Position numbers and translations under genes: made by a program
The notes under the pieces: generated by a model
The model's input: only the letters and a program-made list of their open reading frames with translations
Told to the model about the DNA's origin: nothing
The model's database searches: none
DNA from: an uncultured Anaerococcus sp.
GTDB lineage: Bacteria > Bacillota > Clostridia > Tissierellales > Peptoniphilaceae
Direction: 5' to 3'
DNA: 40,938 nucleotides
Assembly: GCA_963511095.1 (NCBI GenBank)
Contig: CAUPHU010000001.1
Coordinates: forward strand, 1 to 40,938
Part shown: positions 1 to 10,378 of the stretch, piece after piece
How the letters are laid out: every line of letters starts with the position of its first letter
How positions within the stretch are numbered: position 1 is the stretch's first letter

Positions 1-378
1 TTTTATACCATTTTCATGAGCTTGGTCCATTGCTCCTGCAAGTGTATTACCATCAATTGGACCTACAACTAGGTAATTAACATTTTTAGCTATCATGTTT
101 TCAATCATTGAAACTTGGGTGTCAGGTTCATTTTGTGCAAACTGTAAATCTACCTTATAACCTTTTTCCTCTAGCGATTTTTTTAAGTTATTGCCGTCTT
201 GGTTCCATCTTTGTAGAGATTGAGTTGGCATTACTATTCCAACATATTTACCGTCTCCACTTGCTGCTTCATTATTCTCTGCGTTTTCTTTTGCTGGTTC
301 ATTCGAACATCCAATAAGAACCATAACAAGAGCTAGCATTAATGAGGCTAGTCTAAATTTTTTGAAACTTTTTAACAT
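1..378 (-). CDS. ChvE/XylF-type monosaccharide ABC transporter substrate-binding lipoprotein (5' part; runs off window start)
   Basis: Not in ORF track. Hand translation gives MLKSFKKFRLASLMLALVMVLIGCSNEPAK...KYVGIVMPTQSLQRWNQDGNNLKKSLEEKGYKVDLQFAQNEPDTQVSMIENMIAK..., open to base 1. Lipobox LIGC, ChvE-family MPTxSxxRWxxDG motif, AGGAGG RBS upstream; alternative ATG at 384. Confidence 0.88.
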   Translation of the reverse strand, partial: MLKSFKKFRLASLMLALVMVLIGCSNEPAKENAENNEAASGDGKYVGIVMPTQSLQRWNQDGNNLKKSLEEKGYKVDLQFAQNEPDTQVSMIENMIAKNVNYLVVGPIDGNTLAGAMDQAHENGIK

Positions 379-418
379 ATGCATTTTCCCTCCTAAAATA
401 TTACAATGCTTACAATAA

Positions 419-450
419 ATTTAGTTAATAAATTTATTTACTAACTAAAT
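419..450. promoter_or_regulatory. Candidate ROK/XylR operator (inverted repeat)
   Basis: ATTTAGTTA (419-427) / TAACTAAAT (442-450) perfect 9-bp inverted repeat between the divergent sugar-binding gene and ROK repressor; TTAGTT...AACTAA ends resemble Firmicute XylR operators, spacing slightly longer than canonical. Confidence 0.55.
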
Positions 451-541
451 GATATCATATATAATAGTAATTGTAAAGTCTTTTTATGAATTTATTTTAA
501 AAATATTAATAGTATGGTAATTTAATCAGATAGGAGTAAAT

Positions 542-1654
542 ATGAGAAATGAATATCAGGTTCTTATTCTAAACGAACTATTTAATACAAATAAAAAATC
601 AAGAGTAGATCTTTCTAAAGATTTACATATTAATAAAACATCAATTTCAACTAATGTTTCTAGTCTAATTGAAGAAGGAATTATTATGGAAGTTAGCATA
701 GGAAAGTCTTCTAACCGTGGTGGGAGAAAACCTATTAAGCTAATGCTAAACCATGAGTTTGCATATTTTATGGCCATTGATCTTTCAAAGAACTATATTT
801 CTTTTTGCATTTGTAATATGGCTTTTGAAGTTAAGCATTATGATATTTATGAAGGTGAGATTAATTCAAAGAATGCAGTAGAAAAGATAACTGACCTTGT
901 CAAGTCTAATGAAAAACACTATTTAATAGATGGAATTAACAAACTTAAAGGAATAACTATTGCTATTCATGGTATAGTTAATGATGATAAAATAATTTTC
1001 ACCCCCAACTATAACCTTGATAAATTGGATCTTATTAATAACTTAGATAGGCTCATACCAGATGTTGACTTTAATATTATTAACGAATCAAATGCCGCCG
1101 CTTTATGTGAGCACTATATTAGTCAAGTTAATGATTTAGTTACTATTAACATTGGTAGCGGATTGGGAGCCGGAATAATTATCGATGGTCACCTTCACTT
1201 AGGTAGTAGGGGCTATGGTGGTGAAATTGGCCATATGATTATTGTGCCTAATGGGAGGAAGTGTCATTGCGGCAACAAGGGTTGTTTCGAGCAGTATTGT
1301 TCAAGTTCGGCTGATATAGCCTACTATAACGAAATTTCAAACACACCTATAAATAACTCATCAGAGTTAATAGAGAAGTATCTACAGGGTGATGTTTGTG
1401 CTATCGATACTATTAAAAGAAATATCTATTATATGAGTATCGGCGTTAACAATATGATGAAAACAATTGATCCTAGTTGCGTTTATATCAATAGCGACTT
1501 GGCATATCATATACCTGAATATCTGGATATGGTTAATAAGAAAGTAAAATCAACATTCGGCCAAGATATATCTATAGCAGTCTCTAAATTTAATGATAAA
1601 TCAACCCTTATCGGTTGCATTTGTTATTCAATAATAAATTTTTTTAAAAAATAA
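542..1654 (+). CDS. ROK-family transcriptional repressor (XylR-like)
   Basis: N-terminal wHTH (SRVDLSKDLHINKTSIS, GGRKP), ROK motifs NESNAAA, GSGLGAGII, GEIGHM and zinc motif CHCGNKGCFE. Confidence 0.92.
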   Translation: MRNEYQVLILNELFNTNKKSRVDLSKDLHINKTSISTNVSSLIEEGIIMEVSIGKSSNRGGRKPIKLMLNHEFAYFMAIDLSKNYISFCICNMAFEVKHYDIYEGEINSKNAVEKITDLVKSNEKHYLIDGINKLKGITIAIHGIVNDDKIIFTPNYNLDKLDLINNLDRLIPDVDFNIINESNAAALCEHYISQVNDLVTINIGSGLGAGIIIDGHLHLGSRGYGGEIGHMIIVPNGRKCHCGNKGCFEQYCSSSADIAYYNEISNTPINNSSELIEKYLQGDVCAIDTIKRNIYYMSIGVNNMMKTIDPSCVYINSDLAYHIPEYLDMVNKKVKSTFGQDISIAVSKFNDKSTLIGCICYSIINFFKK

Positions 1655-1663
1655 CAAATAAAT

Positions 1664-1715
1664 GTTATATGGTTATCCAATATTACAAAACTTATTATTG
1701 TATAGACCATATAAC
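1664..1715. terminator. Putative bidirectional terminator between convergent ROK and GH43 genes
   Basis: GTTATATGGT (1664-1673) / ACCATATAAC (1706-1715) plus inner CAATA/TATTG pairing. Confidence 0.6.
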
Positions 1716-1732
1716 TTTATTTTTACACTATT

Positions 1733-3379
1733 CTACTTATTGTTTATTACTTTATATTTATAAAATTTTGCTAACGATTGATGTTGGTAAGAATCAACTG
1801 TTCCGACAAAATTAAACATTCCAGTAAATCCACCAATTTCCCCAGGTTCTCCATTTACTCCTTCGTCAGATATATAATCTACATCAATATCTAGTAACAA
1901 ATCTTTATACTCATCATCATCTTTATAGAAAAAGCTTACGTGCCCATTATCATACTTAAGTTTTAGATCATATTTTTCAATAAATATGTTTGCCATTTCA
2001 TCGCAATAGAAAATCTTTTCTCCTAGCTTTGCTTGGTAAACAGCTAATGCTTTGGATTTTGTTTCTTCGATGTAAATTATTGCACAATATATCCAATTAT
2101 TATTATCATAATATAGACCAAAACCTGCTGTCTGAGAATAATGGGTTGGTTCAAATGAAACTTCAGTCTCAAACTCATAGGAAAATGATGTGGCCCTTGT
2201 TGCCATAATTGAAGGCTCGACTTGTGAAAACAAAGAATCTCTACCATTTATATAAAGATATCCTCCTTCTTCATCTATTCCTGTCCATGAATCATTCCTA
2301 TAATGGTATGGCGTCATAAAATTTTCGATTTGATCTTTATCTTTAAAATCTAAATCAAAGTCAAATGCATTAACACTTGTATCTTTATCTAATTCTATGT
2401 CTACAAATTCCTTAGCTAAATTGCTTTCATCTTCTAATACAAGCCATCCTTCTTCATTCCATTTAACTTTTTGGATTGAAGTTTCTCTGCCTAGGGGATT
2501 AAGGATTTTATTTTTTAAAGGTCTTGACATTAAATGGAAAATATAATAATTTCCTTTTTCATCTTTTACTAATGATCCATGTCCAGACTTTTGTATATTT
2601 GAATTTTTATTTAGCATCTCAAAATGTCCTGCATCAGGATCTCCTAAAGAGAAGAGATGCCTAGGATTAGATGTTAATATAGGTTCTCCTGTCGGATTTT
2701 TTTCATATGGTCCAAATATATCCTTGCTCCTGCCTATCTCTATGCCATGACCATATCCAGTTCCACCAGATGCTAAAAGTAGATAATAATACTCCTCGTG
2801 CTTGTATATTTGAGGTGCCTCTACATTTCCCCTCGTTGTAAATCCTTTTGTAACTCTCTTCCAATCGCTTAGCATTTCTCCACTTTTAGGGTCTATTTCA
2901 CATATAACTATAGAACCAGGACTTTGATAATATGGCCTTGTTTCCCATTCTAATATTGATAAATAGTGTTTTCCATTTTCGTGATATAAAGATGGGTCAA
3001 AACCAATAGATGTTAAATAAATAAGATCAGACCAAGGTCCATCCATACTATCTGCATAAGCACAATAATTATTGGCATTAAATTCTCTACTTCCCATGTT
3101 TACCATATGAGAAAATGTAATCCAATATTTCTTTGTTTCACTATCATAAGACAAATGTGGCGCCCATATTCCGGTAGGAGTATTGCTGGCTCTTAAAGAG
3201 ACAATGTCATCTTTCAATATATAATTAAATAATTTCCAATTAACTAGGTCATAAGATTTATATATTACAATTCCAGGAGTCCAGTGAAATGTTGAACTTG
3301 CTATATAATATGCCTCTCCATCATAAATTACAGATGGATCGGGACACATACCTGGAATCACTGGATTTTTAATTTTCAT
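1733..3379 (-). CDS. GH43 beta-xylosidase/arabinofuranosidase with C-terminal beta-sandwich (XynB-like)
   Basis: NPVIPGMCPDPSV, IWAPHL, GFDPSL, VEAPQIYK catalytic-region motifs; GRETSIQ; C-terminal GGFTG. Confidence 0.92.
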   Translation of the reverse strand: MKIKNPVIPGMCPDPSVIYDGEAYYIASSTFHWTPGIVIYKSYDLVNWKLFNYILKDDIVSLRASNTPTGIWAPHLSYDSETKKYWITFSHMVNMGSREFNANNYCAYADSMDGPWSDLIYLTSIGFDPSLYHENGKHYLSILEWETRPYYQSPGSIVICEIDPKSGEMLSDWKRVTKGFTTRGNVEAPQIYKHEEYYYLLLASGGTGYGHGIEIGRSKDIFGPYEKNPTGEPILTSNPRHLFSLGDPDAGHFEMLNKNSNIQKSGHGSLVKDEKGNYYIFHLMSRPLKNKILNPLGRETSIQKVKWNEEGWLVLEDESNLAKEFVDIELDKDTSVNAFDFDLDFKDKDQIENFMTPYHYRNDSWTGIDEEGGYLYINGRDSLFSQVEPSIMATRATSFSYEFETEVSFEPTHYSQTAGFGLYYDNNNWIYCAIIYIEETKSKALAVYQAKLGEKIFYCDEMANIFIEKYDLKLKYDNGHVSFFYKDDDEYKDLLLDIDVDYISDEGVNGEPGEIGGFTGMFNFVGTVDSYQHQSLAKFYKYKVINNK

Positions 3380-4547
3380 TTCTTTCCTCCAAATCTATCC
3401 AACCTTTGGATACACATCTATCAAAATCCCAACTGTCCCATCCATACCAACCAGGATTATTAATACTGTCTATATTAAGCTTGTATGTCCAGTAAAAGTC
3501 TCCCTCTGTAACATTCCAAGCATTTTTAGATTCTTTCCATAAAGTTCTATATATACTTTTCACTTTACTTTCATCTAGTTTGTCTATGTCTTTATAGTTT
3601 ACTTGGTTTGGATTAAGTCCCCCTTTAGTATCTATCCCTATAGCATAGGAGTTAAAAAGCGACCATTCTCCAACAATTAATTTTACATATTTACTAACTC
3701 TTTCCAGTTTGTTTTTTAGGTTATCTAAATAATCTATATAGGATTGTAAATTTAAATCTACTCCTTCTAATTCTGCTGTCATTATATACTGATGAGTGTC
3801 TAAAATTACATTTTTAAAATTATTCTTTGTGAAAGAATCTTCCCATTCATCAAGACTAAAACCGTCATGAAAAACAATATAAGTTTCTTCTTTAATGACA
3901 TCTCTTAACTTATGGTATACTCTCTTATAAAAGTCATAAAGAAAATCAAACTCTATAGGGGCGCTTCCCTTGCTCATTTCTTCGTCTCTTGGGGGAAATC
4001 TCTTTATAGGATTCATTGTATCCCAAATTGCTGTAGTGGCTGGTTCATTTAAAACTTCTATCCCCCAGAAACTTTCTCTATCCCTATATCTTTTCGCAAG
4101 CTTAACTAATACCTCTTCTACGAAGTCTACTTCTTCTTTTATGCTGGCCCACCTGCAAACCCCTGATAATCCACCATTATCAAAGGCATTCTGACTGTAT
4201 GCCACAGAGTGCATGTCTATCAAAACCTTAAGACCGTATTGATCTGTCCAATTAAATAAATCACCTAAATTATCTATGCAGGAAACAAAAGGTTCTCTAT
4301 ATCCGAAAATAAAATATGGGACTGGCACCCTAATATGAGTTAGGCCTTGTGCTTTGATTCTGGCTATATCACTTTCATTAATGAAGTATTTTCTATGCAT
4401 GCCTATCCTATCTTCATAGACTTTAGATTCTAAATCGTGGGCAAGATAATATTCATCATCAGATTTAGTATTGCGAAATAACTCTGTAGTCATCCATTTT
4501 TCAAGCACTAACCATCCACCTAGGTTTACTCCCTTTATTTTGCTCAT
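3369..4547 (-). CDS. GH5 exo-beta-glucanase/beta-glucosidase family protein
   Basis: KGVNLGGWLVLEKW, IRVPVPY, SQNAFDNGG, acid/base NEP, DTHQY, nucleophile VGEWS. Confidence 0.9.
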   Translation of the reverse strand: MSKIKGVNLGGWLVLEKWMTTELFRNTKSDDEYYLAHDLESKVYEDRIGMHRKYFINESDIARIKAQGLTHIRVPVPYFIFGYREPFVSCIDNLGDLFNWTDQYGLKVLIDMHSVAYSQNAFDNGGLSGVCRWASIKEEVDFVEEVLVKLAKRYRDRESFWGIEVLNEPATTAIWDTMNPIKRFPPRDEEMSKGSAPIEFDFLYDFYKRVYHKLRDVIKEETYIVFHDGFSLDEWEDSFTKNNFKNVILDTHQYIMTAELEGVDLNLQSYIDYLDNLKNKLERVSKYVKLIVGEWSLFNSYAIGIDTKGGLNPNQVNYKDIDKLDESKVKSIYRTLWKESKNAWNVTEGDFYWTYKLNIDSINNPGWYGWDSWDFDRCVSKGWIDLEERNEN

Positions 4548-5917
4548 TATTGAACTTCCTCTCTTCTTCTATTTAAATCATTGATAATTCCATCAAATTC
4601 TTTATCTAATTTATAAAATACTAATATTATAAGGATTGCTATAGTAATAACTGTTGGTATTACCCAAAAAGCAGTATGAATACTTGATATGGCTGCATCA
4701 CTTTGAATTGCTTGTCCACCTACATAGCCTCCTAAATTAAGGATAGCACCTAATAAAGCTGTACCAACTCCATTTCCGACCTTATAACCAAAACTTGATG
4801 CACTATTTGTAAGTCCTTCCATCCTAAGTCCAGTTTTCCATTCACCATAATCAACAGTATCTGATACCATTGCCCACATAACAGCCCCTGAAAAGCTTCC
4901 ACCAATACCTCTTACAATACTTGATATATAAGTCATAGCATTTGTATTTTTAATAAATACCAGAATCAAAACTCCTATAGTTTGTAAAATTAATCCTATG
5001 AACATTGAATTTTTCTTACCAATTCGCTTAACAAAATTTGCTACAATAAACATGAAAAGTATTTGTGAAATGTTCATCACACCATTCATGGTTTGAGCAA
5101 TATTCTTATTACCTAATACACTCTGTGCAAAGTAAACACTTGATCCAAACTGTAATGCCATATTAATAAACATTAAGCAAAGTATACCTGTCATCATAAC
5201 CTAATATTTATTTTTGAAAAGTGCTTTTAATCCTACTGATAATTTAATATTTTCTGATTTTTCTTTGTTAACTGGTTTAACTCTCTCTTCTGTCCATTTA
5301 TAAGTTAAAATAAAACCTAACGCCGCTATACATCCAAATAAGGAAAATGTTTTTACTCATGAGCTAGCTTCATTACCAAAAAACTCTACTAATGATAAGG
5401 TAAATGAGTTTATTACAAATGTTCCTAAAGTTTCTAGTAAGTTTCTGAAAATCGCTAAAACGCTTCTTTCATAAGGATCTTGAGTCATTAATGCGTTTAG
5501 TTATGAATAAGGCACATTAATAGCTGTATATACCACTGTTGATGTAAGATTATATGTTATAAATATATACACATATTTCATAGAATCTGACCATGATTGT
5601 GGAACCGCAAAGAGAAGGACACCACTTATAGCAAAAGGAAATGCCATTCATAAAATCCATGGCCTTGCCTTACCATTTTCTGTATGAGTATTGTCAACAA
5701 TGCTTCCCATAAAAATATCTGATATACCATCAAAAATTCTACTTACTAACATTATCATTCCTACAACACCTGCGCTAACGTTTGCATAGTCAGTATAATA
5801 AAATAATAGATATGCTGTCATAGCAGTATAAATTATGTTGCAAGAAAAATCACCTAGACCATAACTTATTCTTTCTTTCAAACTCAATTTGCTTCCAGTA
5901 CTTTTTATTGTTTCCAT
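4547..5917 (-). pseudogene. GPH-family (glycoside-pentoside-hexuronide:cation symporter) MFS permease, disrupted by four in-frame stops
   Basis: ORFs 5648-5917 and 4547-5197 share one frame (1371 nt total). The intervening DNA translates as permease (RPWIL*MAFPF...INVPYS*LNALMTQDPYERS...ASS*VKTF...KNKY*VMMTG) with stops at 5648-50 TGA, 5501-03 TAA, 5357-59 TGA, 5201-03 TAG. GPH motifs SYGLGD, SRIFDGISD, DTVDYGEWKTG. Confidence 0.88.
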
Positions 5918-6046
5918 ATTATAACCTCTTTCTTAAAATTTCAGTACTCTTTACGTTTTCATAAATATTGTATATAATAATTACAGATATTAAAATATCA
6001 AAAAGTAGAAGAATTTTATCATTTTACGTATTTTTGGTGAAATTTA

Positions 6047-6958
6047 ATGAAACTTATTAAAACTGACCCTGATTGGTTAAAAGAAATTAATATATTGCCT
6101 GAAATTAATATGAATTTCAGGGTTCATGGTGGTCATAGACAAAAAGTAAGTTATTTATGGAGTGCGCCTAGAGAATTTCATAACTCTTTTGAAGTTATGT
6201 ATATAATCAGCGGCATACAAGAAACAAAATACATTAACTCAGTAGAAACCTATCAAATGGATGATATAATAATTATTCCCCCAGGACTGAGTCATGAAAA
6301 TCTTGCTATATCAAAATGGGGTCTTGACTACTTCTGTATGCATTTCGATGTTGATAATCCAGATGTACAAAATAATTTAAGAATGTATTGTAGTGGTCTT
6401 CTAAAAAAAGATAATATTTATTATCCAAGCATAAAAAAACATGTAAAAAACTTTATTAATCTTTTATCCGAAAAGAAATATGATACAATCGATATATTAC
6501 ATCTTCAAGAATTATTAATATCATTCATTATTTCTTTGCTTAATTATTCAAAAGAAATTAATAATAAAGACATATTGAAATCCAAAGATAATTCTATTCT
6601 CTCAAAAAATATCGCAGATAAAATACACGAAAATTATAAATAATTCAAATTAAATCCAACAACGGAAAATAAATACTTAATTAATATACAAAATATAACT
6701 TCGGAGATAGGTATAAGTACTAGTAAAATGCTTAAATCATTCAAAGAAAGTTATGGCATGTCTCCAAAGGATTATCTCAGTTTTATTAGATTGAATGATG
6801 CAAAATCCATGCTAGTTCACAGCCATCTTTCAATAGAAATTATCGGCCAAATGATTGGTTTTGATAATGTGTCAAATTTTAGCAAACAATTTAAAATTTG
6901 GTGCAATGAGACACCAAGCCAATATAGGAATAAGTTTAGTAATGATTCTAATAAATGA
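6047..6958 (+). pseudogene. AraC-family regulator (cupin + HTH) split by one in-frame TAA
   Basis: 6047-6643 (cupin domain, HNSFEVMY) and 6728-6958 (HTH; GMSPKDY, IGFDNVSNFSKQFK) are in the same frame; only TAA at 6641-6643 interrupts (ENYK*FKLNPTT...SKMLKSF). Confidence 0.85.
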
Positions 6959-7071
6959 GATAAAATGCTCTTTTACTTAGCTTTATTATATAATCAAAAT
7001 ATTACTTATTTCTAGCTAGCCTTATTTTATGCCAACACTATTAATTATTAAATCAACCTATTTTTTCAATT

Positions 7072-7148
7072 AAAAACCTCCCGATCAGAAATTTTGACCT
7101 AATCAGGAGGTTCAATATCAGGGATAAGTTCAATCTCTGATATTTTTT
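7072..7148. terminator. Back-to-back terminators for nhaC (-) and araC (+)
   Basis: AACCTCC (7075-81)/GGAGGTT (7106-12) with T-tract on minus strand; AATATCAG (7114-21)/CTGATATT (7137-44) with T-tract on plus strand. Confidence 0.6.
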
Positions 7149-7216
7149 AATAATAAATTTGTATTTATTATTAAATCTTTATTATCTAGTTTTTTAAAGC
7201 AATTGTTATAAGTTTT

Positions 7217-8638
7217 TTATTTATTTTCTTCTTTATTTAATTTTGTGATGCCAATACCTGTAGCCGCCCATATCAAAGCTAATATCATTCCTGAGTAGTT
7301 TAGTACTGCGAATGGAAGATAGCTTAATGTTGGTACACCTAGGGTTGCTGCCATATATGCACCAGCTGCTGTCCAAGGAATCAAACATTCTGTACATGTA
7401 ACAGAATCTTCAAGAGTTCTAGATAGAACCTTTGGATGAATTCCTTTTTTCTTGTAAACATCTTTTAATGCCTCACCTGGCATTAAAATAGAAACTTGTC
7501 CGTTACTTGTAACCCCAGTCGTAATCAAGCATATAGCGATTGTTGATGCTACAAGTTGGAATGTTGAAGTTATCTTATCAACAAGTTTTGATATTAGAAC
7601 ATCGAGTCCACCAGTTACAGACATTGTACCAGCAAAAGAGATTGCACAAACTGCTATTAGAAGAGTATTCATCATAGCCATCATTCCTCCCCTATGTAAT
7701 AACCTTATAAGGTCAGGAATTACAGCTGTTTCATCATAACCTAGCATTCCTACGTTGAATCCATTTATTGTTGCGTTAATAATATCATTAAGATTTGCAC
7801 CTTGGAATATATAAGCATTAAACAAAGCCATGAATGATGCAAGAAGCATTACTGGAATAGTAGGTTTTTTGGTTACTGAACCTATCAATACTACAAAAAG
7901 TGGTATCACTAGTATTAAGTTCCAATTAAACATATCATCTAGGGTACCCATTAATGTTATTACTGTCTCTGGTGTTTGGCTATCTCCTGTTATATAGATA
8001 TGTCCATAAACAAAATAGAAAACGGCGGCTAATATAGCTGCTACACCGGTAGTCCACATTTGATTAGCTATGTGTTCATAGATATTTACTTCACAAACAG
8101 CAGATGAAAGGTTAGTTGTATCTGATAAAGGCGATAATTTATCTCCAAAGTAAGCTCCAGAAACTACTGCACCAGCAACAACTGAAAGGTTTGCATTAAG
8201 ACCAACAGCAACTCCCATAAAAGCTACACCGATAGTTCCCGCAGATCCCCAAGATGTACCAGTTAGAACTGACACAATAGCTGTTAATATAAAAGCAGTT
8301 AAAGCTAGATACTTAGGACTTATAAGTTTCAATCCATAATATATTAACATAGGTATAGTTCCGCCTATCATCCATGAACCAATCATAAAACCTACAATTA
8401 CAAGAATCATTAGAGCTCCCCAAATCTTAGAGATTTTTTGAGCGATTTCATCCATGATTCTGTCGTAGGAATACCCTAACATTACTGCTTGAATACCTGC
8501 TATTACTGTAGCTATTACAATAAGTGGCTCAGCTGGAAGTTCCAAAAATCCAACACCAATTCCTAATACTACAAGCATTACCAAAATCGGAAAAACTGCT
8601 TGCATTAAACTTAATTTTTTAACTTTCTTATTTTCCAT
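7217..8638 (-). CDS. nhaC: NhaC-family Na+/H+ antiporter / amino-acid transporter
   Basis: Polytopic membrane protein with TGTSWGSAGTIG, SGAYFGDKLSPLSDTTNL, LSRTLED, LIPW motifs. Confidence 0.88.
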   Translation of the reverse strand: MENKKVKKLSLMQAVFPILVMLVVLGIGVGFLELPAEPLIVIATVIAGIQAVMLGYSYDRIMDEIAQKISKIWGALMILVIVGFMIGSWMIGGTIPMLIYYGLKLISPKYLALTAFILTAIVSVLTGTSWGSAGTIGVAFMGVAVGLNANLSVVAGAVVSGAYFGDKLSPLSDTTNLSSAVCEVNIYEHIANQMWTTGVAAILAAVFYFVYGHIYITGDSQTPETVITLMGTLDDMFNWNLILVIPLFVVLIGSVTKKPTIPVMLLASFMALFNAYIFQGANLNDIINATINGFNVGMLGYDETAVIPDLIRLLHRGGMMAMMNTLLIAVCAISFAGTMSVTGGLDVLISKLVDKITSTFQLVASTIAICLITTGVTSNGQVSILMPGEALKDVYKKKGIHPKVLSRTLEDSVTCTECLIPWTAAGAYMAATLGVPTLSYLPFAVLNYSGMILALIWAATGIGITKLNKEENK

Positions 8639-8649
8639 AACTCCTCCAT

Positions 8650-9792
8650 TTACAATTGTTTTTTAAAACTCTCTAATGCTTCAACAAGAAGCTTTTTAGG
8701 AGAGGCCACATTAATTCTGAAAAATCCTCTTCCAGCTTCTCCATAACCTGTTCCTAGACTAAATAAAACCTTTGACTTAGAAAAAATTTTTTCCAAATCA
8801 GATTCAATAAGGCCTGTCTTTCTATAGTCGATCCATAATAAAAATGTTCCTTCTGCCTTAGTAGTTTCGAAACCATCTAACTTGTTGAAAAATTCTTTTA
8901 CATAAGAAATATTATTTTCAATATAACTTTTCATAAGCTCATACCATTCATAGCTGTCATCATATGCCGCTTTTACAGCAAAGACTGAAAAATAGTTTGG
9001 GTTGTGGATTCCCGACTTATTTATAATCCTTTTGAATTTTTCTCTTATTTCTCTATTCTTAATAAATATGGAGCTTGCTTCAAGACCTGGAATATTAAAT
9101 GTTTTAGAAGGAGAGTTGCAAATGATTATTCTGTCGTAAACATCTAAAAATTCTCCAAAACTCGTAAACTTTCCTTCCCAAACAAAATCAGCGTGAACTT
9201 CATCAGAAATAATAAGAACATCATACTTCTTACAAATTTTAACAATTTTTACTAATTCTTCTTTATTCCAAACTCTACCTGTAGGATTATGAGGAGATAC
9301 ACAGATAAAAATCTTAACCCCGTCTTTTATCTTGGCCTCAAAATCATTAAAATCGATTTCATAGTGATTATTTTTTAAAATTAAATCACTAGTTATTAAT
9401 TTCCTACCGTTAACCACGATTGATTCTTGAATTGGATCATAAAGTGGTGTTTGAACCATTATCTTGTCATCTTCTTGGCTAAAATTCTGTATTGACATAG
9501 CCACGGCCTGTATTATCCTAGGACAATATACATACCAATCTTTTTCTGGTTTCCAATTTTGATTTTCACTAATCCATTTTAATACAGAGTCAATATATGA
9601 ATCTTCTATAATTGTATAACCATAAATTCCATGGTTAGCTGCCTTCACCATATTTGAAACTATTTCTGGGGACGTTTTAATATCCATATCTGCAACTGTA
9701 AGTGGAATGACTTCTTCCATACCACAATTTAATATAGTTTCATCCCACTTGGCTGATGATGTATTTCTTCTATCAACTACTTTATCAAACAT
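8650..9792 (-). CDS. MalY/PatB family PLP-dependent cystathionine beta-lyase (C-S lyase)
   Basis: DRRNTSSAKWD, VADMD, HGIYGY, SPHNPTGRVW, SDEVHAD, PLP lysine SPSKTFNIPGL, FRINVA. Confidence 0.92.
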   Translation of the reverse strand: MFDKVVDRRNTSSAKWDETILNCGMEEVIPLTVADMDIKTSPEIVSNMVKAANHGIYGYTIIEDSYIDSVLKWISENQNWKPEKDWYVYCPRIIQAVAMSIQNFSQEDDKIMVQTPLYDPIQESIVVNGRKLITSDLILKNNHYEIDFNDFEAKIKDGVKIFICVSPHNPTGRVWNKEELVKIVKICKKYDVLIISDEVHADFVWEGKFTSFGEFLDVYDRIIICNSPSKTFNIPGLEASSIFIKNREIREKFKRIINKSGIHNPNYFSVFAVKAAYDDSYEWYELMKSYIENNISYVKEFFNKLDGFETTKAEGTFLLWIDYRKTGLIESDLEKIFSKSKVLFSLGTGYGEAGRGFFRINVASPKKLLVEALESFKKQL

Positions 9793-9813
9793 AATACCTC
9801 CTTCTTTAAAATT

Positions 9814-9864
9814 TTAGTACCCATGAATTAATAAAATTTAAGTCAATTAATTCATGAGTACTAA
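9814..9864 (-). terminator. 19-bp stem-loop just upstream of the lyase RBS (terminator/attenuator/processing stem)
   Basis: TTAGTACCCATGAATTAAT (9814-32) / ATTAATTCATGAGTACTAA (9846-64); the single mismatch is a G-U pair on the minus strand; weak U tract. Confidence 0.55.
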
Positions 9865-9948
9865 TTTAATCACTCTATTATTTAACAGTAATATCTCATC
9901 TTAGAATTAATACTGCCACATAATAAACTTTAATAGTTTTTATTATTT

Positions 9949-10368
9949 TTATTCATCCTCATCATCAATATCACTTGAAGCAAATACATCATTTACATAA
10001 AATATCTGGTTTTTCGATTCTTCAATAGAATTTCTAATATCATCTTCACTCACTTCTCCATTTTGTAGTAGTAAGGTTATGTTTAGAAGTAATGGAAGGT
10101 TAACACCTGTTATCAAAAAGTAATTTTTTCTTCCAATCCTCTTAGCAAATTCTTGATTCACAGAACCACCCATTATATCAGTAAATACTATTACTTGTTC
10201 ATCTTTTTCTATATTTTCAAATATACCATCTACAATTTCATCTAATGGTTGATCATCAACATAGGCAGTTACAGGAATTATTTCTAATGAATTTGGAAGA
10301 ATATATTCCAAAGTATCTTTAAGTCCTTGTGCCAACTTATGATGAGAAGCTATAATTATTTTACTCAT
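9949..10368 (-). CDS. PTS mannose/fructose/sorbose family EIIA
   Basis: IIIASHH phospho-His motif, FTDIMGGSV, ITGVNLPLLL. Confidence 0.9.
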   Translation of the reverse strand: MSKIIIASHHKLAQGLKDTLEYILPNSLEIIPVTAYVDDQPLDEIVDGIFENIEKDEQVIVFTDIMGGSVNQEFAKRIGRKNYFLITGVNLPLLLNITLLLQNGEVSEDDIRNSIEESKNQIFYVNDVFASSDIDDEDE

Positions 10369-10378
10369 TTCAATCCCC

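Noticed and set aside
108..317. ORF-track 69-aa plus-strand ORF
   Set aside because: Antisense shadow of the ChvE-type gene on the minus strand.
4547..6958. Stop-codon reassignment (TGA=Trp) explaining the broken genes
   Set aside because: TAA and TAG also interrupt, TGG is used for Trp throughout, and TGA terminates normal genes (e.g. fruR, ECF sigma).
9865..9948. SAM, T-box or lysine riboswitch before the C-S lyase
   Set aside because: No recognisable S-box or T-box core; faint similarity to an L-box 3' end is too weak and the space too short.
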